NCBI GenBank assembly: GCA_049513715.1
Contig: JBEKVV010000008.1
Location: 26,447-90,446, forward strand
Direction: 5' to 3'
DNA length: 64,000 nucleotides
Source of the DNA: Candidatus Bathyarchaeia archaeon
GTDB taxonomy: Archaea > Thermoproteota > Bathyarchaeia > 40CM-2-53-6
Shown here: in pieces, positions 48,570 through 58,379 of the stretch
Layout of the letters: every line of letters begins with the position of its first letter
Numbering within the stretch: the first letter of the stretch is position 1
Program-made: the position numbers and the translations under genes
Notes under the pieces: generated by a model
The model's input: the letters and a program-made list of their open reading frames with translations, nothing else
Told to the model about the DNA's origin: nothing
The model's database searches: none

Positions 48570-49190
48570 GTGACGTCCTCCCACGCCTAAAGGCTGTGGG
48601 CTTCTCGCTTCAATGCCGCTGCTTGCCTATGCCTTAGCGTCCGCATGGGTAGAGGTTTTGGCTCTGCGGGTGACAACCCTCCGTCCGAGGGCGAGCAACT
48701 TAAGATGCCAAGCTTTCTGATCAGCAATGCTGAATTCAAATCTCTGGGTAGGTGGGTTTCACAGTTTGGGCACCGATGTTCTCGTTCAGTTAGGCTTTTC
48801 GGAACCCAGGTTAGGCATTGGTGGCAGAATTGACTGGTGCCATATGGGTCAATGAACAATACATGTTTGCCGAGCATGTCCGCTTTGCGCATGCACTTCA
48901 ACGCGAATCTGCTCCACGACGAGTCCATGATTGCTTTCGCTAGTTGATGGTTTCTGAGCATGCCTGCAACATTCAACTTCTCCAAGACCAACACGTCGGC
49001 TTCTTTGAAAATAGCGTTAACCAGTTTGTTCTGCCAGTCCTCACGTTGACGAGCAACATGCATGTGAAGCCTCGCCAGCTGTAATGCCAATGCCCGTCGT
49101 CGCTTCGAACCTTTACGTTTCCTTGCCAGTTGTATTTGCAGATGCTTAATTTTCATCTCGGCGGCGTTTGCTGCGGACCAAGATTGGCGG
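48570..49190 (-). mobile_element. tnpB: IS200/IS605 remnant 3: tnpB C-terminal half + right end
   Basis: VLEKLNV.GM, IDPYGTSQFCHQC, CPNC, RDLNSA; end GGGAGGACGTCAC; RuvC-I and N-terminus absent. Confidence 0.9.
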
Positions 49191-49719
49191 CGCCTGCCGA
49201 ACAGGCTTTTCTGGCTCAATCAATGCTAACGCTTCTTTCAAACTGGAACCGTCGGCGAGGAGCTTCGCCAGCCGCTCCGCATACCCCTTGATCTTTTCAC
49301 TCACCTCAGGCCTGACCGAAGAAGATTGGTTATTACTTTCCAGAATAGCGAGCGTCCTCTGGCTCGTCTCTTTTTTTTACAGCCAATCGTCGGAACTTGA
49401 ACTGCCTCCTAGACCGGACTATCATACGCATAACTCCTACAGGGTCGGAAACGAGGTAGCGAACGTTCATCTTGTCCAGAGCCTGCTGAATCGTCTTGGG
49501 CGTCACGACGTTACCAACTGGAACTAGAACAAAACCGCCCCCCGACTCTGCTGGAACAATGACGAAGTCTCCCTCCAAAACTGGAAAGTCAGCCTTCCTC
49601 TTCATGCCTTGATGGAGCCGAATATCAAGCGCTCCGCCTTGCTGCACAACAGTAGCAAAGATCGCATTGCTCGTGTCAACTTGAATCACAACATCCTTCT
49701 TTTGCACCTTTTCCGCCAA
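49146..49719 (-). CDS. Hypothetical protein, apparently frameshifted at an A8 tract (49371-49378)
   Basis: ORF 49333..49719; removing one A extends it to TAA at 49146. Confidence 0.5.
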
Positions 49720-49832
49720 CTGTAAGCCAACCCAACCAAAACTACTGCTATCTCTAGGCTACTTGTGCATTTTGTTCACAAAATATCCCAAACCGGAGTT
49801 GCCGCGCCCGACAGAGGTTCGCTCGATGAAAA

Positions 49833-50624
49833 ATGTCGAACAATGGAAAACAGAACGTTGTTGGACCAGCAGGCAGTAGGATATTCGCAACGCTACCGCT
49901 TGCCAGCAAGATACCTCTGTCTCTCGGAAATGACAAGATAAGCAGCAATGTAGCAATCTTCGACCTGCCCGCATGGTGGACATGCCCCGGAAAGGGCGTA
50001 TGCGCAAAGTACTGCACATCCTTCAAGCCGCAGATCGGTAAATGGAACGGTGTCCCACAGGCTCGATGGCGGAACTTCTGGGCAAGCCTCACAAACAACT
50101 TCGTCGACGAAATGGTCGCAAAAATTCAAGAGAGCGGTGTCCGGTGGGTACGCTTCCACGTCAGCGGCGACCTCTACAACCAAACATACATCCAAAAGAT
50201 AGCAGAAATAGCACGCCGCTCCCCTCAAGCCAGCTTCTATTTGTACACGAAGTCGCTACACTTCGACCTCACGTCACTAATCAACCTGCCCAACTTCACC
50301 GTGATAAAATCGTTCGGAGGGCGCTTTGACCACCTCATTGATGTCAATAAGGACAACTACTCCCGAGTTATACGAGACCCGAAGGAACAGCAGAAAGGCG
50401 AATTCCTCTGTCCAGAAGGAATCGCCCCCCTCAGCGGCAGATCAGATGAAAAGTTCTGCGGCTACAGTTGCACCTACTGCCTCTCTGACAAGAAAACCGA
50501 AAAAACAGAGCCTCATCAAATCAAAGTAGTCTTTCACCTGAAAAAGAACGGATGGAACGGTAACAAGCTCCCGCCACCACCCAAACCCCCAGCGCCACTA
50601 CCGGCAGGAGCACAGAACCGATGA
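49833..50624 (+). CDS. GP88-like Cys-rich phage/plasmid protein
   Basis: GNDKI, FDLPA..TCPG...C.KYC, VRFHVSGD, FYLYTKS, C-terminal CP...CGYSCTYC. Confidence 0.78.
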   Translation: MSNNGKQNVVGPAGSRIFATLPLASKIPLSLGNDKISSNVAIFDLPAWWTCPGKGVCAKYCTSFKPQIGKWNGVPQARWRNFWASLTNNFVDEMVAKIQESGVRWVRFHVSGDLYNQTYIQKIAEIARRSPQASFYLYTKSLHFDLTSLINLPNFTVIKSFGGRFDHLIDVNKDNYSRVIRDPKEQQKGEFLCPEGIAPLSGRSDEKFCGYSCTYCLSDKKTEKTEPHQIKVVFHLKKNGWNGNKLPPPPKPPAPLPAGAQNR

Positions 50625-51649
50625 CCACGGCTCCCGCCGCGGCGACCCTGCAGCAGGGGACACACCACGTGCTCATGATTGGAGACTGCTGCATTAGGAT
50701 GTGTGAAATTCCCGATACCAGTATTCATTTTGCGTGCTTCTCTCCACCCTACTACAATGCGCCTTTCGATTCCCCGAACATGTTCGAGAACTACACCGCC
50801 TTCAAACATCTCCTATCCATAGTCGGGGACGAGTTGAAGCGTGTGCTAGTGCCGGGCCGAAAATGCGCCTGGGTGGTCGATGACGTTCGCGTCAATGGGG
50901 AACTCTACCCAATCGTCGCCGACACAATCAGAATAATGTGCGACAAGGGCTTCAGGTATTGCGAAAACATCACGTGGTTGAAAGCAGAAGGATACTCACG
51001 GTTCAGCCACAGAAGCGGACACATGAAAAAGCAAGGTCTCCCAACCTACTACTTCCCCGACAACGTCAAGGAGAGCATACTCATCTTCCAGAAAGGAAAA
51101 CTGAACAATGGCACCTACGTCAAGGCACTCAGCCCGGCGGTTGTCAAAGCCTCCAGAATCGACCTCAACAAGTTCGACAAAGAATCATGGAACCTGAATG
51201 TGTGGTTCATACCAAACGTTCCACCAGTAAAGGGCAGATTAGAGGAAGGCATCGCAGCATACCCAGAAGAGATTCCAAAACGTCTAATTCGCTTGTACAG
51301 CTTCGTCGGCGAAACAATCCTCGACCCATTCTGCGGCTCAGGCACATCAATGAAAGTCGCAAGACAGCTTGGAAGGAATAGTATAGGGATCGAAATCCTG
51401 CCCGAACTGGAGGTGGTCATCAGGCAGAAGGCAGCCTTCCAGCATTGGCGCGAAAGACAATCAGACACTTTTGAAGTCATATCACCCATGCACAGTCCTT
51501 ACCGCGTAAGCCTGCCTTTGGATAAGACGCATGTGATCGCGCAACGGCTGGGGCAAAGAGCGATCGGAATCGAACTGAATCCGAAGTACTGCGAAATGTT
51601 CAGACAACGCTGCGCCTCAGCAGCCAAACCCAGTAGGAGGCGAGTTTGA
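50621..51649 (+). CDS. Site-specific DNA methyltransferase, N4-C/N6-A beta class
   Basis: SPPY before DPFCGSGT; LGRNSIGIEI. Confidence 0.92.
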   Translation: MTTAPAAATLQQGTHHVLMIGDCCIRMCEIPDTSIHFACFSPPYYNAPFDSPNMFENYTAFKHLLSIVGDELKRVLVPGRKCAWVVDDVRVNGELYPIVADTIRIMCDKGFRYCENITWLKAEGYSRFSHRSGHMKKQGLPTYYFPDNVKESILIFQKGKLNNGTYVKALSPAVVKASRIDLNKFDKESWNLNVWFIPNVPPVKGRLEEGIAAYPEEIPKRLIRLYSFVGETILDPFCGSGTSMKVARQLGRNSIGIEILPELEVVIRQKAAFQHWRERQSDTFEVISPMHSPYRVSLPLDKTHVIAQRLGQRAIGIELNPKYCEMFRQRCASAAKPSRRRV

Positions 51650-53208
51650 TGGTCAAAAAGGTCAGGCACAACGGGATTTACGTCGCGACCGCAGAAAATG
51701 GAAAGAGAAAATCTCCAATTCTCCCTTTTAATGCGCTTTCGCGCAGGGTTCCTATGATGCAGAATATAGGGGAAACATCTGGGGGTCCATCCAATCCCCA
51801 ACCTGACACATCTAATCCACCCAAGGTTTCATGCAGAATAACCGCTGCCGGATACTACTATCGGCAAGGCGAAACAGAACTCGGACCCTTCACCCTTCAG
51901 GACCATTACGATCCGAAATTCGAAGAGACCGTTGGGACCAAGTTAAATCTGGAACCAGAGCACGTGTCTGATGCCTATTGGCGCACAGTCGAGCGACCGA
52001 TAACGTTTAGTGAAATCAATGAGGCACTCGGTTCCACGATCCGTCATGATGTTTCAACGAAGCTCATACTCTTCTGCGGCTGTCTTCTAACATTCACTGA
52101 TGAGGACCAAGTCAACATTCTGATGGCAGGAGAATCAAGTGGCGGAAAGACGTACAACGCACTCGAAGTCGTCGCATATTTCAGAGACTTGCCCAAAGAC
52201 TTGGTCTTAAGAATCGCAACTGCCTCGCCGACCGCCTTCTTTCACGATCACGGTAAATGGGACAAAGAGGCGCAGGTCCTAAGAATTGACCTGAGGCAGA
52301 AGATTCTCGTTTTCCTCGACCAACCACACTACTCGCTGCTGGAGAGACTTCGCCCTCTCATGAGCCACGACCAAAAGGAATTGCTCTACAAGATCACCGA
52401 CAAGTCGACGAAGGGGCCTATGAGAACGAAGAACGTCATCTTGGAAGGCTATCCAACAGTGATACTCTGCGCTGCCAAGTTATCTCTCGATGAACAAGAG
52501 AAAACACGAGTTTTCATCCTCTCACCTGAAACCAGTGTCGAAAAACTTCAGGAAAGTCTGCAGCTTGCCGTCAAGAGGGTTGGCGACAGACAGGCATTCA
52601 GGGAATGGATCAACTCTCATCCACTTAGGAAATGGCTCCGAGACAGAATCGAAGCCATCCAGACCGCGAACGTTAAACAAGTCATAATCGAGGATCAGGA
52701 ACAAGTCTACCAGCGGTTCGTCAATGCACATAAGCGTCTGGCACCTCGACATCAAAGGGACTTGCCCAGAATCCTCAGCCTCATCAAGGCTCATGCTCTA
52801 CTGAACCTTTGGTGGCGAGACCGACGCGGTGACGGAACAATTGTCGCAAATCAGGAAGATGTAAACGCTGGCTTCGAACTGTACAACCAAATAGCCAAAC
52901 CCAACGAGCTGGGTCTTTCTCCTCAGATCTACGAGGTCTACGAAACCATCATCAAACCGCTGCTGGATAATGAGCCTGTTGTTGACAGGAGGAGAGTTCT
53001 GAGCAGGTATTTCGAGCATTATGGGCGCCACTTGGCGGATGAGACGCTTCGTCGTGAGATTGTGCCGGCGTTGATTGATTGCGGGTTGGTGGTCGAGCAG
53101 CCCGATCCCAGCGACAGACGGAGAAAGCTCCTGTACCCCCCAGATGCTCCCCCTATTCCCGAGAACGGTACCAACGTCGTGGAGGACATTGTGACCAAGG
53201 GCGAGTGA
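51646..53208 (+). CDS. P-loop ATPase/replicative helicase-like protein of a mobile element with C-terminal wHTH-like region
   Basis: Walker A GESSGGKT, LVFLDQ, DEQEKTR, PRHQRD; start uncertain. Confidence 0.72.
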   Translation: MMVKKVRHNGIYVATAENGKRKSPILPFNALSRRVPMMQNIGETSGGPSNPQPDTSNPPKVSCRITAAGYYYRQGETELGPFTLQDHYDPKFEETVGTKLNLEPEHVSDAYWRTVERPITFSEINEALGSTIRHDVSTKLILFCGCLLTFTDEDQVNILMAGESSGGKTYNALEVVAYFRDLPKDLVLRIATASPTAFFHDHGKWDKEAQVLRIDLRQKILVFLDQPHYSLLERLRPLMSHDQKELLYKITDKSTKGPMRTKNVILEGYPTVILCAAKLSLDEQEKTRVFILSPETSVEKLQESLQLAVKRVGDRQAFREWINSHPLRKWLRDRIEAIQTANVKQVIIEDQEQVYQRFVNAHKRLAPRHQRDLPRILSLIKAHALLNLWWRDRRGDGTIVANQEDVNAGFELYNQIAKPNELGLSPQIYEVYETIIKPLLDNEPVVDRRRVLSRYFEHYGRHLADETLRREIVPALIDCGLVVEQPDPSDRRRKLLYPPDAPPIPENGTNVVEDIVTKGE

Positions 53209-53285
53209 ACAAAAATGCCAGAGACAAGCAGCAAAAATCCTGGTCTCTTGCAGTTGGATGAGAAGAGCGGGCGAAAACTTCGAAA

Positions 53286-53696
53286 GTGAAGGATTTGGCT
53301 GAGTACGGAACCGTCTGCCAACTCTGCGGTGGGAAAGAACACCTTCGCGATTTAGATGAAGAACTGCCGGAATGGTGGAAGCAATTCAGAATGGTGAAGG
53401 TGACAGGTCGTAAGGAAATTCCAGTTATGAAGATACTAGGCAGCGTGGGAAATGGGCGCAACTACGATCCTGACTGGACGCCCTTTGTTGAAGAGCAACG
53501 CGACTTGGAAGTTCTCAAATCCATCAAGAATCACGGTTTCGATCCGGAAGAAAGCAGAGCATCACCTATCACTCTTCTTAGATATCGTGGCGAGTATTTT
53601 GTGGAAGGCGATGGACATCGTCGAGTAAGCGTCGCCCGGAGATTAGGTCTAGCAACTATAGAGGCTGAGGTGTATCAACTCCGGCCAGATGCCTAG
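53286..53696 (+). CDS. ParB/Srx-like domain protein
   Basis: PITL...YFVEGDGHRRVSVARRLG...IEAEV. Confidence 0.8.
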   Translation: MKDLAEYGTVCQLCGGKEHLRDLDEELPEWWKQFRMVKVTGRKEIPVMKILGSVGNGRNYDPDWTPFVEEQRDLEVLKSIKNHGFDPEESRASPITLLRYRGEYFVEGDGHRRVSVARRLGLATIEAEVYQLRPDA

Positions 53697-53870
53697 TGGA
53701 GATCAAACATAGCGCCCTCACCAGCAAACAACCATTCCACAGGTGGTAAACGCTCTGTAGGTAAACACTGCTCCGCGATGGAACCCCCCTTTGCAATGGT
53801 AAATTGCAATGAAGCCTCCGATCTTTTGCCAGCTACGTGTTGGTTCAAGATGATGCGAGACGAACAATAC

Positions 53871-54053
53871 TTCACGCGACATGCGCGTAGAGTTCGAGAA
53901 TTCACGCGACATACGCGTCCATCTTCTCACCATAAGGTCGTTTTTGCCGAGGTTTCACGTGACATGCGCGCAGAATTTCATAGAATCAACCTAATCTAGA
54001 CCTGTTTTACGTGACATGCGCGTGGAATCTGAAAGTTCACGTGACATGCGCGT
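53871..54053. repeat. Five 18-bp direct repeats TTCACGYGACATGCGCGT (iteron/parS-like)
   Basis: Copies start at 53871, 53901, 53954, 54006, 54036. Confidence 0.92.
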
Positions 54054-54886
54054 AATAGTTATCATAACAACCCAATAACTATCGTCATGGGTCCATTATG
54101 GCCACGGATTTACAAAGCGGATATTCATCGCTTTCTCCCAAATTGCTCCAAGCAAGGTCAATTCAGTAGTGTTGGGCTGCTAGCAAAAAAACGCCAGCAG
54201 CACCGGTTCTTTTGTTCAGAGTTGACTAGTTCTGTATGCGGCGCCATTTCTTTCTGTCAGCACTACAGTTCTACTGTACTAATGCTAGCAAATCCTTCTC
54301 GCTTGGCGAAGCCATGAATATTGAAAGACTTCCAAATAGTTGGATGATTGAGCGCTGAAGCTTCTGTGACGCGCGCATTTTCGGTCGCATTCGAATCGAC
54401 CTCCCTTCGCATTTCTGAATCGTTTAGAATTTCTTACGTCCGCGGTGAAGAGGACTTGTTCCACCGAGGACCGTTCATCGGCGTCTGGGATGGTCACACT
54501 CCGGCATAATTTGCCACCGTCAGACGGTGCTCCCATGGCACAGTCCCCATATTGCTGCCTCGGGCTGCCGGTAACCTTCCTTGACAGCATGAAAGTATTA
54601 CTTAATGGAGAAAATAGGTGATGCGTTACTATTGCATGATATCGTTGGTGTCATGCATCGAACTAAACGAAGCGGCGATCCTCGAATACTCAGCAAGCGC
54701 CTCACTAGCGTCAATGGATACCTGAGACGGAGCCCGCTGCTTTAGGCCACTTCAAGATGTCTATCAGCAGCTACTGCTCGCCACCTTAGAATACAACGGA
54801 GAATACTACGATTGCACACAATCTCCCATCGTGAAGAGGACGTTTAGAGCTCTTCGTTCTACTTCATAGGTTGAGGGGATAAGAAA

Positions 54887-55210
54887 TCATGTAATTATGC
54901 CGAGTAGCTCGGATAAGCTTGGGTTATTTCGCCTTTCGAGTCTACCCCTCTCTTCCATCACTGCCTGTGCCTTCTCTATGTGTTCGCGGTTGAGTTCCTT
55001 GCCCTTTCGTCGAGTATCCTCAATCTGAGGCGTTGGGTAGACAGCTCGGTTCTCCTGCGTTGCTCGGTGCTGTAGCCACTTCGCCCGATCCTCCGCGCCC
55101 TTAGGGGCGTTCTCTGCAGCGTAGAGTTGATGCTGGCGTTCTCTGCGCAAGGCTTCCAGCTGCTTTCGCAAGTCGTCCAGGAGCGCGTGTAAGATTTCTT
55201 TGCCGACCAT
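54887..55210 (-). CDS. Hypothetical helical protein
   Basis: TAATG coupling with the upstream gene. Confidence 0.55.
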   Translation of the reverse strand: MVGKEILHALLDDLRKQLEALRRERQHQLYAAENAPKGAEDRAKWLQHRATQENRAVYPTPQIEDTRRKGKELNREHIEKAQAVMEERGRLERRNNPSLSELLGIIT

Positions 55211-55689
55211 TACTCCCAGCCGATCCAACAAGATTTTCTCTCCTGCAACTTTTTCGCTATCTCTTCTGCTTCATCTCCATTGATCGCTTCCCTGAGTCCG
55301 AAATCATCTTCGATAATGATATTCGCTTCTTCAAGTTCAGGGGCATCGGGGCGGCTTAGGCTTACTACCGTTGAACCATCCTCCTCTTCAATCACCCTGG
55401 AACTTAATGATGAACCGTCGGGCATGTAAAGTAGGACATGCCCTCTGATCTCGTCGGCGGCCGTCTCCTTCCATGCTTCAGGAGCTTGAGCTGGAAAGCA
55501 TTCCTTTACTATCTTACGCGCACGATACTCTGATGTCGTAGGGACTGTCCACGCTCGTCGTTCAGCGTCCCATCTTCGCCCCTGGATTGCTTTGATTTTC
55601 TTGATGAACTCTTCGTTGTACGGCATCCTGATTCCGATCCGGGCGCCCTCTTCAGCGATTTCGACGCGGTCACTCGAGGATTTTGCCAA
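55210..55689 (-). CDS. Hypothetical protein with HARP-like N-terminal domain
   Basis: PYNEEFIKKIKAI.GRRWDAERRAWTVP. Confidence 0.6.
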   Translation of the reverse strand: MAKSSSDRVEIAEEGARIGIRMPYNEEFIKKIKAIQGRRWDAERRAWTVPTTSEYRARKIVKECFPAQAPEAWKETAADEIRGHVLLYMPDGSSLSSRVIEEEDGSTVVSLSRPDAPELEEANIIIEDDFGLREAINGDEAEEIAKKLQERKSCWIGWE

Positions 55690-55972
55690 AGGTCAATCAA
55701 TTTGGCTCACCAGTCCGCTTTTAAAGAGCCGAGAATCGGAAAATCGATCTTCCTGATTTTTAATCAATCCCTCTTTCAATACATATTTTGCGAAGCAGGG
55801 AATGGTTTCCAGTGCTGCACTAATCTCCTCGCATTCATGAGCCACGTACATCGTTCGTACCCGCGACGGCCTAGACAAGTACGTACGTTTGAGGGAAAGT
55901 TAGGCAAGTGGAACATGGCCGACTTTGCTGTCTCTTTCCGGAATGGTCTATGATAGTTGGAATTCTAGGTTG

Positions 55973-56431
55973 CTAAATTTCGCGCAAATCTAGGGCGGAG
56001 ACTCCCAAAGCCTGAGAATTCTGGAGGACAAACCGGTCGCTTGTGATTAGCGGAAGGTCGTAAGCCTTCGCCGTCGAGACATGGAATGAATCAAAATAAT
56101 GCAACTTCCGCGAGCCACCATAGCGATCGTATAACCTCAAAGCTTCTGCTGCGACATCCAAAGTCGTTGGTAGGACCGTGTGTCGGATCACCCGAAGATC
56201 ACGTAGGAATTCAATTACAACTTTCATAGGCGTGTTATTGCTTCTCAACGCCGTTACCAAATCATCATAAATCTCGGACGCCGCATGGAGCTCCAACAGA
56301 CCCTTCTCCGCTCTGTCCAGAACTCGTTCAGAATGCATGGACAGTTCGTCTGAGACAAGATATGAGAAGAAGACGTCCGCATCCACGAGAATGCGTGAGG
56401 GCGGTTCCTCAACGCTTCCCTGTTCTGACAA
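55973..56431 (-). CDS. vapC: VapC/PIN toxin
   Basis: ILVDADVF, LHYFDSFHVSTA, LITSD. Confidence 0.9.
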   Translation of the reverse strand: MSEQGSVEEPPSRILVDADVFFSYLVSDELSMHSERVLDRAEKGLLELHAASEIYDDLVTALRSNNTPMKVVIEFLRDLRVIRHTVLPTTLDVAAEALRLYDRYGGSRKLHYFDSFHVSTAKAYDLPLITSDRFVLQNSQALGVSALDLREI

Positions 56432-56636
56432 GCTGGTCAGCCTTCTCTTCCAACTCGAGCCAAGGGGTCTTCAAACGATTTCTGTACTTGCCCTTCAATG
56501 ACTTCAAGGTCTGCAGCGGCACTAGCTCTATTCGTCCATCTACGAGTCGTACCTCGAACCTTCTTGTTCCGATTTTTCGTCGAAGAGAGGCAGGAAGAAG
56601 TGCTCTACCTTTCCGGTCGAGTTCTACAATAGTCAG
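56409..56636 (-). CDS. AbrB-like antitoxin with non-canonical (CTG) start, absent from the ORF track
   Basis: (M)TIVELDRKGRALLPASLRRKIG...LEEKADQLVRTGKR overlaps vapC start; palindrome CCCACTAGTGGG at 56649-56660. Confidence 0.75.
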   Translation of the reverse strand: MTIVELDRKGRALLPASLRRKIGTRRFEVRLVDGRIELVPLQTLKSLKGKYRNRLKTPWLELEEKADQLVRTGKR

Positions 56637-56733
56637 GGTAATGCACGACCCACTAGTGGGACACGCCCACCTAATAGCCTTTCGCGAGGTCTTGACGACA
56701 TGGAGCTTGAGCTGCTAGGGGTCTTCCCGAAGC

Positions 56734-56934
56734 ATGGAGATCTCCGCCTCGATACTGTACGATTACTCATGCATCTGGAAGAATCGGCCACAGATACAGA
56801 GCGATCTCGCTGAGCAGTTGGGCGTGGAACCGTATGCCATGAGCAGGCTACTCACCAAACTGGAGCATAGCCGATACGTGACCCGAACCCGCGAAGCGAC
56901 CGACAAAATAGTCTCGCAGAGAAAGCAAGAGTGA
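56734..56934 (+). CDS. MarR-like HTH protein or fragment
   Basis: QSDLAEQLGVEPYAMSRLLTKLE...VTRTR..TDKIV. Confidence 0.55.
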   Translation: MEISASILYDYSCIWKNRPQIQSDLAEQLGVEPYAMSRLLTKLEHSRYVTRTREATDKIVSQRKQE

Positions 56935-56971
56935 GAGTTGGCAGTTCAAATTTGGCAACTTCCGCGCACCG

Positions 56972-56988
56972 TACGTATTTTATACGTA
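56972..56988. promoter_or_regulatory. Palindromic operator upstream of the DUF4258/YgiT module
   Basis: TACGTAT-TTT-ATACGTA. Confidence 0.55.
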
Positions 56989-57032
56989 ATCCTTATTTTC
57001 GCGGCTTGCGAACGTCGTAGGCATGAACGGTA

Positions 57033-57260
57033 TTGTCAGAAAGACCGATCCTGCTAACGAAGCATGCCACGCGGCGTTACGTATCACTAAATGTGATCCC
57101 AGACATCATTTCGGAGATCATCCGCCATGGCAAGAGGACACGCCTGAGCAAGACAAAATGGTCTGCGAGCAAAAGAACAAAGCGAGGAACTATAGTCGTA
57201 ATCTTCGCGGAATATCCTGAGTTCATCAAGGTAATTACGATCACCGTAGGGAGAAGGTAA
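57033..57260 (+). CDS. DUF4258-like (RelE-fold) putative toxin
   Basis: LTKHATRR...IVVIF...IKVIT. Confidence 0.7.
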   Translation: MSERPILLTKHATRRYVSLNVIPDIISEIIRHGKRTRLSKTKWSASKRTKRGTIVVIFAEYPEFIKVITITVGRR

Positions 57261-57262
57261 TC

Positions 57263-57589
57263 ATGAAATGTCCTGAACACGGTGTCAACTATCAGGCAGT
57301 GATGACAAACTATGAGCAGTTTGGAGTGATACTAAAAGACGTGAAGGCACTACGGTGCCCAGTCGATGGCGAAGAACTCTTCACGATGGAACAAGCAGAA
57401 GCAATTCGGCTGAGAATTGCATCGCTTAGCCCAAGGCTCAAGCTCATACGCAAGATTACGCGAGCGGCTGGAAAACCATCAATCTATCTGCCACCGGAGA
57501 TAGTAAAACAAGCAAACCTGAGAATAGGGCAAGAAGTCGCAGTGTATCTGGCGGACAAGAAAAAGATCGTAATAGAAGCCGCAGAGTGA
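57263..57589 (+). CDS. YgiT-type zinc finger + AbrB-like antitoxin
   Basis: MKCPEH...DVKALRCPVDGEELF; RKITRAAGKPSIYLP. Confidence 0.8.
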   Translation: MKCPEHGVNYQAVMTNYEQFGVILKDVKALRCPVDGEELFTMEQAEAIRLRIASLSPRLKLIRKITRAAGKPSIYLPPEIVKQANLRIGQEVAVYLADKKKIVIEAAE

Positions 57590-57732
57590 CCGGTCCCCTA
57601 CGACCCCGAATCCGGTATCCCTGCGAAATCCAGCTCCTCATCTCGATACTCGGCCAGGTCAGAATCCTTAAGGCAGCAATCGACCGAATCCTCGCCTACA
57701 AGACCTGGCTGTTTGAAGCGGGATGTGCGCTC

Positions 57733-58014
57733 TCAATCTTCTCGAGCAGGCGTAGAATCGCCTTTCTCTTTCGAGAGGATTCTTTTCTGGTTGTCGTCGA
57801 AGGTTTTCAGCTTCAGGCCCAGATCGAGCGCTAGCGAGATGAAGACTATGTCGTAGAGGGGGGACCGGTGCTTGACAGAAAGAGCATAGGCGCGCTTGAG
57901 TAGTCTTTCGTCGGGTCGTACAAGCTGGATCGTCTCGGATTCAAGCAACTGGAGGAACAGGTCAAGGAATGGTGAAGGCTCTTTGAGATCCGCGAAGGTG
58001 AGAGTATACTGCAT
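57733..58014 (-). pseudogene. PIN toxin C-terminal fragment
   Basis: PLYDIVFISLA..LGLKLKTFD..Q; N-terminal D motif absent. Confidence 0.7.
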
Positions 58015-58095
58015 GTTGAGAAAGTTGGAGGGGTCGCCCTGATCTTGAGGTTACAGCAAGATGTAAATTTGGACACAAACGTACAGGGGTAAGGC

Positions 58096-58329
58096 ATGGG
58101 CAGGAAGAACATAACTATTTCAGACGATGCGTACCAGATGTTGAAGGCGCTCAAGAAGTCTGGGGAAAGCTTCACGAATGTTATTGAGCGGGTTACTCGT
58201 AGGAGCGCGGTTTTGGAACTTGCAGGAATCTTGTCCAAGACAGAGGCCACCGGTGTCGAGAAACGTGTCAAGTACATCAGGAAGCAAAGCTCACAACGAA
58301 TCCTCAAAACCCTTGAAGGACTGAAGTAG
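58096..58329 (+). CDS. vapB: VapB antitoxin (DUF217-like)
   Basis: KNITISDDAY..L..LK..GESFTNVIERV. Confidence 0.9.
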   Translation: MGRKNITISDDAYQMLKALKKSGESFTNVIERVTRRSAVLELAGILSKTEATGVEKRVKYIRKQSSQRILKTLEGLK

Positions 58330-58331
58330 AC

Positions 58332-58379
58332 TTGCTGGCTGACACCACCTTCATAATCGACAGAACGATTCTGCTGTAG
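58332..58379 (+). pseudogene. VapC stub
   Basis: TTG start MLADTTFIID then early stop. Confidence 0.65.

Noticed and set aside
48587..49219. Intact mini-TnpB or TldR
   Set aside because: Lacks the N-terminal REC/WED region and RuvC-I; treated as a fragment
53871..54053. Repeat array as a CRISPR
   Set aside because: Repeats are only 18 bp, spacers are irregular (12/35/34/12) and no cas genes are present; the phasing fits iterons better
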